A model generated the notes under the pieces. It did no database searches. It had not been told where the DNA came from and saw only the letters and a list, made by a program, of their open reading frames with translations. A stretch of 28,141 nt of DNA. It comes from Fibrobacteria bacterium (GTDB lineage Bacteria; Fibrobacterota; Fibrobacteria; UBA11236). The stretch spans positions 1 to 28,141 of the forward strand of contig JBGTHM010000113.1 in NCBI GenBank assembly GCA_041746255.1, written 5' to 3'. This document shows positions 1-8,008 of the stretch, in pieces; within the stretch, counting starts at the first letter, position 1; each line of letters starts with the position of its first letter. The position numbers and the translations under genes are program-made.

Positions 1-131
1 CCCAGGCAGTCAAGATGTATGTAAAGGTCTCAGCTTGGTCCAACGGTGAATACCGGTTGCTGGCGGCCTATAACGCCATTGTTGCGGCCCAGGAACTTGT
101 GAGAAAATCCCAAGGTGGGCAAAATGAATAA
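1..131 (+). CDS. 3' end of an upstream gene, probably a TPR protein (partial)
   Basis: Frame 3 is open from the window edge and reads QAVKMYVKVSAWSNGEYRLLAAYNAIVAAQELVRKSQGGQNE*. Its TAA at 129-131 overlaps the next ATG at 124. The helix pattern is TPR-like. Confidence 0.6.
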   Translation, partial: QAVKMYVKVSAWSNGEYRLLAAYNAIVAAQELVRKSQGGQNE

Positions 132-2601
132 TCTAGCGACCTTTACCCTATTATTTACAGCAGCCCTGTTTTGGGCGGGGTGCGCAGGCCCAAAACCCAA
201 GGAGACCATCGCTCAGATTTCCGGCCCCGACACCTTGCTGACCGTGCCTAAGGGTGATACCGTTGGAACGATTATACTGGAATTGGGAAAACTCGATTCC
301 ACCGCTCGGCCGGAAGAATACGCCGCGGACCTTTATGACCTGGCCTTGGCAAACTTTCTGAAACTTGCGCCGGACGATGAACGGATTCCCGAGATCATGT
401 TTTGGAAGGCAAATAATCACTACAACCGTGGACTATGGAATGAAGCGGTGGAAATCTATTCCCGCCTTCGCAAGGAATTTCCCGCGAGCGACTATTACCA
501 GCAGGCCGGTCAGATGATGGCGCAGGCTTACATGCAAACGGGAAAAAACCGGGAAGCCGAGGGGATTTTCCGGGGGATGCTCGAAAAAGGCGAAGTCAAA
601 ACGCCTGAGGCCCGCATGAAAGTGGCGCAAGCATTGTACTTACAGGGTCAGAATCTGGAAAAGGATTCCCTTTGGGATAGGGCTTCCGAGGTTTACATCG
701 GACTCGCGAAGGAATTTCCCGAAGTGGAAATCGCGCCGGCGGCGTTGTATAACGCCGGTGTGCTGCAGGAAAAGCGCGAAGATTGGCGTAAAGCCATATC
801 CATCTACCAATCCTTTTTTGAAGGATTTTATACTTCCGACCTCCTGCCGAAAGTCTTATTCCGTGAGGCGAAGAGCAGGGAAAAAGTGGGTGATTGGAGC
901 GTGGCCGCGCAGAATTACCTCAACTTGGTGCGCGCCCACCCGAATTCATCTGAGGCGGAACCGGCGCTATACAATGCGGGTTTCGCCTGGTTGAACGGCC
1001 AGGAAAAGGAAAAGGCCGCCGAGACTTTCTCCCTATACGCCCGAAATTTCCCCGATAAACCCGAGGCGCCGAACCTTCTCTTTCGCGCCGCCGAAGCCTA
1101 TATGGAATCGCAAAACTGGGCCCGAGTGGAAGAGTTACAGACGGAATTCGTTAAACGATACGGTACGGATAAGCAGAGGCTCATTCAAGCGCTGTGCATG
1201 GGTGGAACGGCTGCGTTTCATCAGAAGAAATATGGCGAGTCGGCGGATTTGATGCGCAAGGCCATCGCTCAATTCATCCGCTTGGGCTCGGATAATCCGG
1301 GTGGCCGCTATTATGCGGCGCAGGCGCAATTCACCTTGGGTGAGATTAAGGCTTTGGACCTGGCCAAGGTCACCTTCGATAGGGGAAGCTATGAGCAGAA
1401 CCTCGGGAAAAAAACCGGCGCCCTTCGGTCGGCCTTGGAAGAATACGCCAAGGTTTTTGAATTCCGCATATCGGATTGGGCGTTACGCGCGAGTTTTTCC
1501 ATTGGAGAACTGTTCACGCAATTTGGGGAGGAAGTCTACCTTGCAGCGCGTCCCGGCACACCTCAGGCTGCTCTCGATAGGGAGACGGACGCCTTGTCAG
1601 CGCTTGCCGCGGCACAGGAGAAGGCCGTACAACAATATCTGCAGGTCATTACCTTGGCTAGGCAACAGGAAATCAATAACCAATGGGTGGAGCGGGCGCA
1701 TAGTCGTTTGGTAAGTGGAACCAATCGATTTCGCCAAGGATATGCCGACAGTCGTACCCAAATTTTCCGGCAGTTGGCGGCGCCGGTCGGCAACATGGAA
1801 AAAGCCATTGCGGTGGGGCTGGAACGTGCCGGCTATTTGGAAGTTTTACATGCCGAGGGCATCAAATTCTTCCGGCAATTCTCGGATTCCACTTTAAGGA
1901 CTCTGGTGGGTCCCACCTTGGATTCGTTAGGAACGGATGTGTTGAACGGCAGCCTTCGCCTGGGCAGACTTTACTTCAGCGCTGCGGAACTGGCGAGGTC
2001 CGCTCCCATACCGGAAAATTTTTCAGCCACCGAGCGATTCTACTATAAGGTGAAACTGGTGCAAGAGGGAATTCCAAAATTGGAAAGCCAGGGAATGGAA
2101 CGTTTCGAAGAGGGATTGGGATTATCCCATGACTTGCGTTTGAAGCTTCCCATGACCGATTCCCTTTCCGATGAATTGGGGCGCACACTTTTCGTTCAGG
2201 CGCGGTGCTTTGATTTGTTGGCCCGCGAAGCCCTGGTCGCGCCGCCTATTCCACCCGGTACGGCCCAATCGGACCTTGCCCAGTTTAGGGATCGTTTCGA
2301 TGATGTGGGAATGAATTTGCAGGATGAGGCCATCATCCGTTATCGCTCGCTGGTGGAGAAGGCCTCCCAGGGCGCAATCCCTCTGGTTTGGGGTGAATTC
2401 GCCTGGGTTCGCCTGTACGAAGTGGAGCCGGATAAATGGTCGCGGGACGAAGGCGACGAAAGAATTGTCTTTGCTCCTTGGAAGTTGGGCGGTCTTTCAC
2501 GGGAAGAAGTGGAAGCCATTCAAACCCGGGTGGAAGGGTTTACCATCACAAATTTTCCGGATGTGGCGAAGCATTCCGCGCCTTCGCCAGGAGGAGGATA
2601 G
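124..2601 (+). CDS. Large TPR-repeat lipoprotein, GltD/AgmU-like
   Basis: Signal peptide with lipobox (ALFWAG-C). Many BamD/YbgF-type TPR units (e.g. FPEVEIAPAALYNAG, HPNSSEAEPALYNAG, FPDKPEAPNLLFRAA). C-terminal segments (YAKVFEFRISDWALRASFSIG; APPIP...WGEFAWVRLYEVEP) resemble the GltD C-terminus as I recall it. ATG at 124 is preferred over GTG at 115. Confidence 0.75.
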   Translation: MNNLATFTLLFTAALFWAGCAGPKPKETIAQISGPDTLLTVPKGDTVGTIILELGKLDSTARPEEYAADLYDLALANFLKLAPDDERIPEIMFWKANNHYNRGLWNEAVEIYSRLRKEFPASDYYQQAGQMMAQAYMQTGKNREAEGIFRGMLEKGEVKTPEARMKVAQALYLQGQNLEKDSLWDRASEVYIGLAKEFPEVEIAPAALYNAGVLQEKREDWRKAISIYQSFFEGFYTSDLLPKVLFREAKSREKVGDWSVAAQNYLNLVRAHPNSSEAEPALYNAGFAWLNGQEKEKAAETFSLYARNFPDKPEAPNLLFRAAEAYMESQNWARVEELQTEFVKRYGTDKQRLIQALCMGGTAAFHQKKYGESADLMRKAIAQFIRLGSDNPGGRYYAAQAQFTLGEIKALDLAKVTFDRGSYEQNLGKKTGALRSALEEYAKVFEFRISDWALRASFSIGELFTQFGEEVYLAARPGTPQAALDRETDALSALAAAQEKAVQQYLQVITLARQQEINNQWVERAHSRLVSGTNRFRQGYADSRTQIFRQLAAPVGNMEKAIAVGLERAGYLEVLHAEGIKFFRQFSDSTLRTLVGPTLDSLGTDVLNGSLRLGRLYFSAAELARSAPIPENFSATERFYYKVKLVQEGIPKLESQGMERFEEGLGLSHDLRLKLPMTDSLSDELGRTLFVQARCFDLLAREALVAPPIPPGTAQSDLAQFRDRFDDVGMNLQDEAIIRYRSLVEKASQGAIPLVWGEFAWVRLYEVEPDKWSRDEGDERIVFAPWKLGGLSREEVEAIQTRVEGFTITNFPDVAKHSAPSPGGG

Positions 2602-2604
2602 ACC

Positions 2605-2898
2605 ATGGGAAAGCGAAGAAATTGTCTAGGAATCACCCTGGCCGTGATGACGGTGGTGGGCTTGACCTATTCTCCCGTACTCGCGCAGGACGAGCAGGGC
2701 TCCGTTGCACCCGGCAAGGAAATGCCGTACATGTTCGAGGAAATCCAGTTCGAAGAAGGCCTGGTGGTGGAAGGTACCGTGGAAAAACCCCAGGTGCAAT
2801 TTCCGCTGCTTAAAGAAGCCCCACCGATTCCGGAGGTGGAATTCCAGGCCGGTTTTTTACCGCAATTGCTGGAGCTGGAACGGGAAAATACTTTTTAA
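2605..2898 (+). CDS. Small exported protein, GltF/CglF-like
   Basis: RBS GGAGGA upstream. Sec signal ending VLA-Q. The motif IQFEEGLVVEGTVEKPQVQF...GFLPQL resembles the IxF..vEGxxxKP...FxPxL pattern of CglF/GltF. Directly follows the TPR gene. Confidence 0.6.
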   Translation: MGKRRNCLGITLAVMTVVGLTYSPVLAQDEQGSVAPGKEMPYMFEEIQFEEGLVVEGTVEKPQVQFPLLKEAPPIPEVEFQAGFLPQLLELERENTF

Positions 2899-2911
2899 TG
2901 TTCCAGCCTGC

Positions 2912-4552
2912 TTAGCGGAGGCGAAGCATTCCCGCGTCCCAGATTTCCGGAGCTTCGTAGCCGAGCAAAGTGGCGGTAGTGGCAGCAATATTGGAAAGCC
3001 CATAATCACCCTTCACGATTTCATAAGCGTTGGAGTGATGATTGTCGTAAAAAATACAGGGTACGGGACTGAGCGTATGGCTGGTCTTGGGCTTTTCCCG
3101 GCCGGCCTTATCTTTTTTCGGTTTCCCATCCTTGTCCAGTTCCAACATTTCGTCGGCGTTGCCATGGTCGGCGGTGATGATGGCCATGCCTCCCAAAGCA
3201 TCCAATACCGGAAGCAGGCGGGCCAGGCAGAGGTCCACCGCTTCGACGGCCATGGTCGTAGCACGGAAGTTACCGGTATGTCCGACCATGTCTCCGTTGG
3301 CGTAATTGACGCGCGCGAAACGGAAATTTCCCGTCATAAGTTGGCGGATAAGTTCATCGGTGATTTCAGCGGCTTTCATCCATGGCCGCTGTTCGAAGGG
3401 AACCCGGTCGGAGGGGACCTCGATATAATTTTCCGTTTGGGAATCGAATTTACCGCTGCGATTACCATTCCAAAAATAGGTGACATGCCCGTATTTCTGG
3501 GTTTCGGAAATGGCCAGTTGGCTGACTCCCGTACCGGCTAAAAACTCCCCCAGGGTATAGCGGATAAGCGGCGGCGTCACCAGATAACGTTTGGGTATAT
3601 GCAAATCGCCGTCATACTCAAGCATGCCCGCGTAACAAACCCGCGGCTTGCGGACGCGGTCGAAATAGGGAAAATTTTCCTCTTCGAAGGCCCGGGAAAT
3701 CTCGATGGCCCGGTCTCCGCGGAAATTGAAAAAGACCACGCTATCTCCGTCGACGATAGGACCGACGGGCTCTCCGTTTTCGGCGACGACAAATGCGGCT
3801 AAATCCTGATCGATAACGTCTTTTTCCGAGCGGTAGGTCAGGACCGCCTCTTCGGCGCTGGCGAATTGACGCCCCTCACCCAGCACATGGGTTTTCCATC
3901 CCCTTTCCACCATGCTCCAATCGGCTTCGTAGCGATCCATGGTGATATTCATGCGGCCTCCGCCGCTGGCGATGCGGGCGTCGAATGCGTCGGAATTGAT
4001 TTCATCGAGGAATTGCTCGAAGGGTAGGAGATACTCCAACGCGGATCGTTCTCCCACGTCGCGTCCGTCGAGCAGGGTATGGATGCGAACCCGGGGTATC
4101 CCCTCTGCTTTGGCGCGTAGTATCAGTGCGCATAAATGATTGACATGCGCATGCACATTCCCGTCGGAAAAGAGGCCGATAAAATGCAGTGTGGATTTCC
4201 GGTCACGGGCGTTTCCGCTGATTTCCTTCCAGGCGGGCCGTTCGAACAGGGATTGATCCGCAATGGCCTCATTAACCAAAAGCGCGCCCTGATTATACAC
4301 CTGCCCCGAACCGATGGCGTTATGTCCAACCTCCGAGTTTCCCATATCGTCATCCGACGGCAACCCGACGGCCTTGCCATGGGCTTTGAGCAGTACATTG
4401 GGATAGGCTTTCATCAGCCGGTTTAACAAGGGGGCATTGGCGGCTTGTACGGCGTTCCCGGCAGCGATGGGACTGATGCCGATTCCGTCCATGACGATTA
4501 TTACGACGGGACCTTTATAAAGCGGCGAATTGGAAATTGGGTTCAGGTGCAT
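2912..4552 (-). CDS. gpmI: 2,3-bisphosphoglycerate-independent phosphoglycerate mutase
   Basis: Motifs VMDG, MGNSEVGH (catalytic Ser), SDGNVH, DGRD, FNFRGDRA, ETQKYGHVTYF, NGDMVGHTG, TADHGNA and TSHT. Confidence 0.97.
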   Translation of the reverse strand: MHLNPISNSPLYKGPVVIIVMDGIGISPIAAGNAVQAANAPLLNRLMKAYPNVLLKAHGKAVGLPSDDDMGNSEVGHNAIGSGQVYNQGALLVNEAIADQSLFERPAWKEISGNARDRKSTLHFIGLFSDGNVHAHVNHLCALILRAKAEGIPRVRIHTLLDGRDVGERSALEYLLPFEQFLDEINSDAFDARIASGGGRMNITMDRYEADWSMVERGWKTHVLGEGRQFASAEEAVLTYRSEKDVIDQDLAAFVVAENGEPVGPIVDGDSVVFFNFRGDRAIEISRAFEEENFPYFDRVRKPRVCYAGMLEYDGDLHIPKRYLVTPPLIRYTLGEFLAGTGVSQLAISETQKYGHVTYFWNGNRSGKFDSQTENYIEVPSDRVPFEQRPWMKAAEITDELIRQLMTGNFRFARVNYANGDMVGHTGNFRATTMAVEAVDLCLARLLPVLDALGGMAIITADHGNADEMLELDKDGKPKKDKAGREKPKTSHTLSPVPCIFYDNHHSNAYEIVKGDYGLSNIAATTATLLGYEAPEIWDAGMLRLR

Positions 4553-4562
4553 ACATTGTCCT

Positions 4563-5927
4563 TTAATGTGCCGGGGGAACGCGCGGCGCCACCCGGTTTA
4601 ATAGTCCATATTGATCGGGCATCAGGAGCACGAGAACCTCCAGTTTGTCGGTTCCCGGGAAAAAATCCATGGGAATGACTTTGCCCACCATATATCCGTT
4701 CTGTCTCCAGGCGCGCAAACTGGCAGGGATATTGTCGGTATTGCAGAAAACATGCAATACCCGTTTGGGAGCCCGGCCGGCCAGCGCCTTAATCACACCC
4801 GATTCCACTCCCTGACGGGGAGGGTCGAGAACTACCGATTCTTCCAGGGTTGGATCCCCGGGCATTCTTTTTTCCAGCACCGAGGCATTGATGGGCGCGC
4901 TGAAAAGGTGGATGGGGGGTAAAGTCTTATCTCTCTGGGCATTAGAGCGAGCCGAAGCGATGGCTTGCGGCGCCGCGTCCACGCCCACTATTTCGGCGTA
5001 GTCCTTGCGTAGGCCCAGCCCGAACAACCCGTATCCGCAATAGAGGTCGAGCAACCGCTGGGTGGTTCTGGGTTTCAACAATTGCCTGGCTTTTTCCAGC
5101 AGGTTTTCCAGAATGGAGGCGTTGATTTGTGAAAAGGCGGTGGGATCGTATAGAAATTTATTCTCGCCGACTTTAAGGAACAAATTGTCGCGGCCGAAAA
5201 GTTTTTTCAATTTCCACGGCCCCGCGCTTTCTTTATTGTCGAGGTAATAGGCGGATCGGCTGGCGTCGAGGAAGAGGAAACCCGCAATCACCGACTGGGG
5301 CAGTTTCTGCAAATGGTCGCCCAAGGCTTTCATCTTGCGGACTATGAGCGAGTTGACCCGGGCCAGATTGAAAATGACGCAGAACTCGGTATAGCTTCCG
5401 CGGATAATCACATAGTTCAGGGCTGAAGCGATTACGGCATAGGAAGTATTCAGTTTTTCCGCGAGAAAGGCGTAGATGGCTGCATGGGCTTCCGGTTCCA
5501 ACAGGCTTTGCGAAACGTAAGGCGGTTCCTTGGGTAACTGGGAAGTTTCCCTTTCCTCGAGCACCAGGTAGGTTTTGCCGGCCCGCACCAGGACTTTGCG
5601 CTTGGAAGTGGTCCGATAGGCGCGTTGCAGAGGCGATGGCACAATCAAGGTCGGCTTGTCAGGAAGCTTATGGCTGCTCCAGAATTCGCGAAAAGCCTTG
5701 TTCTTGACGGCCAGTTCTTTGGAATAGGGAAGCTCGGCCAAGGGCTCGCTGGAGCGGCCCAGGACGGCGGGAAATCCTTTTTCGACCAGGGCTTCCGAAA
5801 GACACAGTGCGAACAGCTTGCCTTCCGGAGCCGTGGCTCCGGGTTTTTTCGGCCGCCGCACAGGCGCTCGCCTGGGTTTAGGGGCTGCGGGACGGTTGGT
5901 TCTCATATTTTTGATTTTGCGATTCAT
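4563..5927 (-). CDS. RlmD/TrmA-family RNA (uracil-5) methyltransferase, atypical N-terminus
   Basis: Motifs AFSQIN, LLDLYCGYGLFG (SAM binding), VVLDPPRQG, HVFCN (catalytic Cys) and DFFPGTDKLE. Start reassigned to ATG at 5927, which forms an ATGA overlap with the stop of the upstream cbiX-like gene. Confidence 0.85.
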   Translation of the reverse strand: MNRKIKNMRTNRPAAPKPRRAPVRRPKKPGATAPEGKLFALCLSEALVEKGFPAVLGRSSEPLAELPYSKELAVKNKAFREFWSSHKLPDKPTLIVPSPLQRAYRTTSKRKVLVRAGKTYLVLEERETSQLPKEPPYVSQSLLEPEAHAAIYAFLAEKLNTSYAVIASALNYVIIRGSYTEFCVIFNLARVNSLIVRKMKALGDHLQKLPQSVIAGFLFLDASRSAYYLDNKESAGPWKLKKLFGRDNLFLKVGENKFLYDPTAFSQINASILENLLEKARQLLKPRTTQRLLDLYCGYGLFGLGLRKDYAEIVGVDAAPQAIASARSNAQRDKTLPPIHLFSAPINASVLEKRMPGDPTLEESVVLDPPRQGVESGVIKALAGRAPKRVLHVFCNTDNIPASLRAWRQNGYMVGKVIPMDFFPGTDKLEVLVLLMPDQYGLLNRVAPRVPPAH

Positions 5928-6304
5928 GGTGTTTTCCACTCCCGCCATTTTTCGACGGTGAAGGCGGCCAGAGACGGCGCCGAGCCGATATGGGGGAGTA
6001 TTTGGATGGGGATATGTGGATAGCGCATCTGCATTTCGCGGCCGAGATCCGGTATATCGCGGAGCACATGGGAGCCTGAGAAGAGGAAAATCGGAAGAAT
6101 GTCGATGGATACGGCCCCGTCTTGCAAGCTCCTTTCCACCACTTCGCTTAAATTGGGCGAACCTAGGGAGAGAAATGCGGGGTAGACTCGGTTTTTTGTA
6201 GGAATCTGCGGCATATGCTGCAAAACAGCGGCTGCGAAGCGCTCCAGGTCCACGGTAGCGGCGGGTTCGCGACTCCCATGGGCTAATAGGATTAAGGCGT
6301 GCAT
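5924..6304 (-). CDS. Small single-domain CbiX/SirB-type class II chelatase
   Basis: LILLAHGSR, AFLSLGSPNL, PIFLFSGSHVLRDIP and ILPHIG. Both metal-binding His residues are present. About 126 aa. Confidence 0.88.
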   Translation of the reverse strand: MHALILLAHGSREPAATVDLERFAAAVLQHMPQIPTKNRVYPAFLSLGSPNLSEVVERSLQDGAVSIDILPIFLFSGSHVLRDIPDLGREMQMRYPHIPIQILPHIGSAPSLAAFTVEKWREWKTP

Positions 6305-6482
6305 CAAGGGGACTTTTCAGAGTGGTTGATGGAATTTCCCTATAAGGTAAAAATCCCTGGGGATTCGCGTGGATTCCGGGTTGGCATTCCCGGAAAATGG
6401 GGATACAATCAAGCGAGGGCCATCGATTTTCCGGAGCGAAGTTTCGCTGAGACGGATTGAACGGCTCCGCCAAAGGAATACA

Positions 6483-6791
6483 GTGACCCTCAGCATTCAC
6501 ACGGGATTACATGGTGTTCATCCCTGCCTCAGCATCAAAGGTTCCTGCAATCAACGGGATTTGGAGCCCCTGGTGCGTGCCTTCAAGGAAATTTTACCGA
6601 AAGTAAGGCATTCCCTCTATTTGCGCTTAAGCGAGGTTCCCTATATGGATAGCGCGGCATTGGGTGTACTTATCTCCAATTTCAACGACCTTCTGCGCCA
6701 AAATCGACGGTTAGTCATTCTAGAGCCTTCAAAGGAGGTCCGTCGGTTGCTGAGTACCACTTCTCTCGATAAAATCGTCCCGATTGAATGA
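6483..6791 (+). CDS. STAS-domain anti-sigma factor antagonist (SpoIIAA/RsbV-like)
   Basis: LSEVPYMDSAALGVLI (phospho-Ser motif) and PSKEVRRLLSTTSLDK. GTG at 6483 with AAGGA upstream gives 102 aa. Confidence 0.85.
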   Translation: MTLSIHTGLHGVHPCLSIKGSCNQRDLEPLVRAFKEILPKVRHSLYLRLSEVPYMDSAALGVLISNFNDLLRQNRRLVILEPSKEVRRLLSTTSLDKIVPIE

Positions 6792-6904
6792 TTCCAGCCC
6801 TTTTGCCGGGTGTTGGAGCTATTTTTACCCTTTTGACCCGATTCAGTGTCCCCACAGCGAATCGCCGCCTGGCCGGTTCGCTTATTTCGGGAAGAGGAGC
6901 TTAA

Positions 6905-8008
6905 GTGCCGGAAATTAAGACCACACCCCTGCATTCCCGCCATCTTGCCTTAGGCGGAAAAATGATCGGTTTTGCGGGATATGACATGCCGGTTCAATAC
7001 AGCGGTATCAAGCAGGAGCATGAAGCGGTGCGGACAAGGGCCGGCTTATTCGACGTTTCGCATATGGGAAACCTTATTTTCCGAGGTCGGGGCGCCCGTG
7101 AATTCCTGAATAGGGCGGCGGTCAACAATGTGGAGAAGCTGGTACCGGGTCAGGTGCAATATTCGGCGTTATGTTATCCCAACGGCACCGTGGTGGACGA
7201 TATTCTCATCTATGCGCTTTCCCAAGATGAATATATGGTGGTGGTCAATGCAGCCAATCGCGAAAAGGATTTGCAATGGCTGTATTCGCTGAAACCCGAG
7301 GCAACCGAAATCGAGGATGCGGGAAACCGGCTGGGAATTCTTTCTTTACAAGGGCCGAGATCAGAGAACATCGCCTCCCGTCTGGTGGAAGACGATTTGC
7401 AAGACTTCGGGTACTATCAAGTGCGTCGGGGCAAGGTAGGCGGTATGCACATGGTTTATAGCCGCACCGGCTACACCGGTGAGGATGGCTTCGAGTTTTA
7501 TCCGGAGAGTTCGGACGCCGGGGCCTTATGGGACGCCCTGTTGGAAGCCGGCGCCGAGCATGATATACTTCCCATAGGCTTGGGAGCGAGGGATACGCTG
7601 CGATTGGAGGCCGGTTATTCATTATACGGCCATGAGATTTCCGATCAAACGAATCTTCTGGAAGCCGGCCTGGGTTGGATCACCGATTTCGAGAAAGGCG
7701 ATTTCATGGGTCGCGAGGCATTGCAAGCCAAGCGGGAGAAAGGGCTGGAGCGTAAGTTGATGGGATTGGAAATGCTGGAGTTGGCCATTCCCCGCGAAGG
7801 TTGCGTGGTAGCCAAGGAGGGTCAGGCAGGCGGGGTGGTTACCTCGGGCACTCTTTCTCCCACCCTGAATAAGGGCATTGCTTTAGCCTATTTGCCTGTG
7901 GCTTGGGCGGCTTCCGATGCCCAGGTCGACGTGGTAATCCGGGGACAAGCCAAACCCGCCCACGTGGGCAAACGTACTTTCTACAGGAGGGTCAAAGTTG
8001 CCGGTTAA
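6905..8008 (+). CDS. gcvT: Glycine cleavage system aminomethyltransferase T
   Basis: KTTPLH, FAGYDMPVQY, GLFDVSHMG, SRTGYTGEDGFE, GLGARDTLRLEAG and LYGHE. RBS GAGGAG. Confidence 0.96.
   Translation: MPEIKTTPLHSRHLALGGKMIGFAGYDMPVQYSGIKQEHEAVRTRAGLFDVSHMGNLIFRGRGAREFLNRAAVNNVEKLVPGQVQYSALCYPNGTVVDDILIYALSQDEYMVVVNAANREKDLQWLYSLKPEATEIEDAGNRLGILSLQGPRSENIASRLVEDDLQDFGYYQVRRGKVGGMHMVYSRTGYTGEDGFEFYPESSDAGALWDALLEAGAEHDILPIGLGARDTLRLEAGYSLYGHEISDQTNLLEAGLGWITDFEKGDFMGREALQAKREKGLERKLMGLEMLELAIPREGCVVAKEGQAGGVVTSGTLSPTLNKGIALAYLPVAWAASDAQVDVVIRGQAKPAHVGKRTFYRRVKVAG

Noticed and set aside
2705..3541. 278-aa + strand ORF
   Set aside because: It overlaps the gltF-like gene out of frame and is antisense to gpmI, so it is a shadow ORF.
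6369..6482. Longer N-terminus for the STAS protein
   Set aside because: GTG at 6483 has an RBS and gives the canonical STAS length. The upstream part is more likely the divergent promoter region.
5928..6500. N-terminal 191-aa extension of the 645-aa ORF (4563..6500)
   Set aside because: It overlaps the well-formed cbiX-like gene in another frame and has no protein-like motifs. The ATGA junction at 5924-5927 gives a better start.
6792..6904. Possible glycine riboswitch upstream of gcvT
   Set aside because: The GGAGA/CCGAAG/CTCAGG aptamer elements are not present in order. Only a weak hairpin follows the STAS gene.
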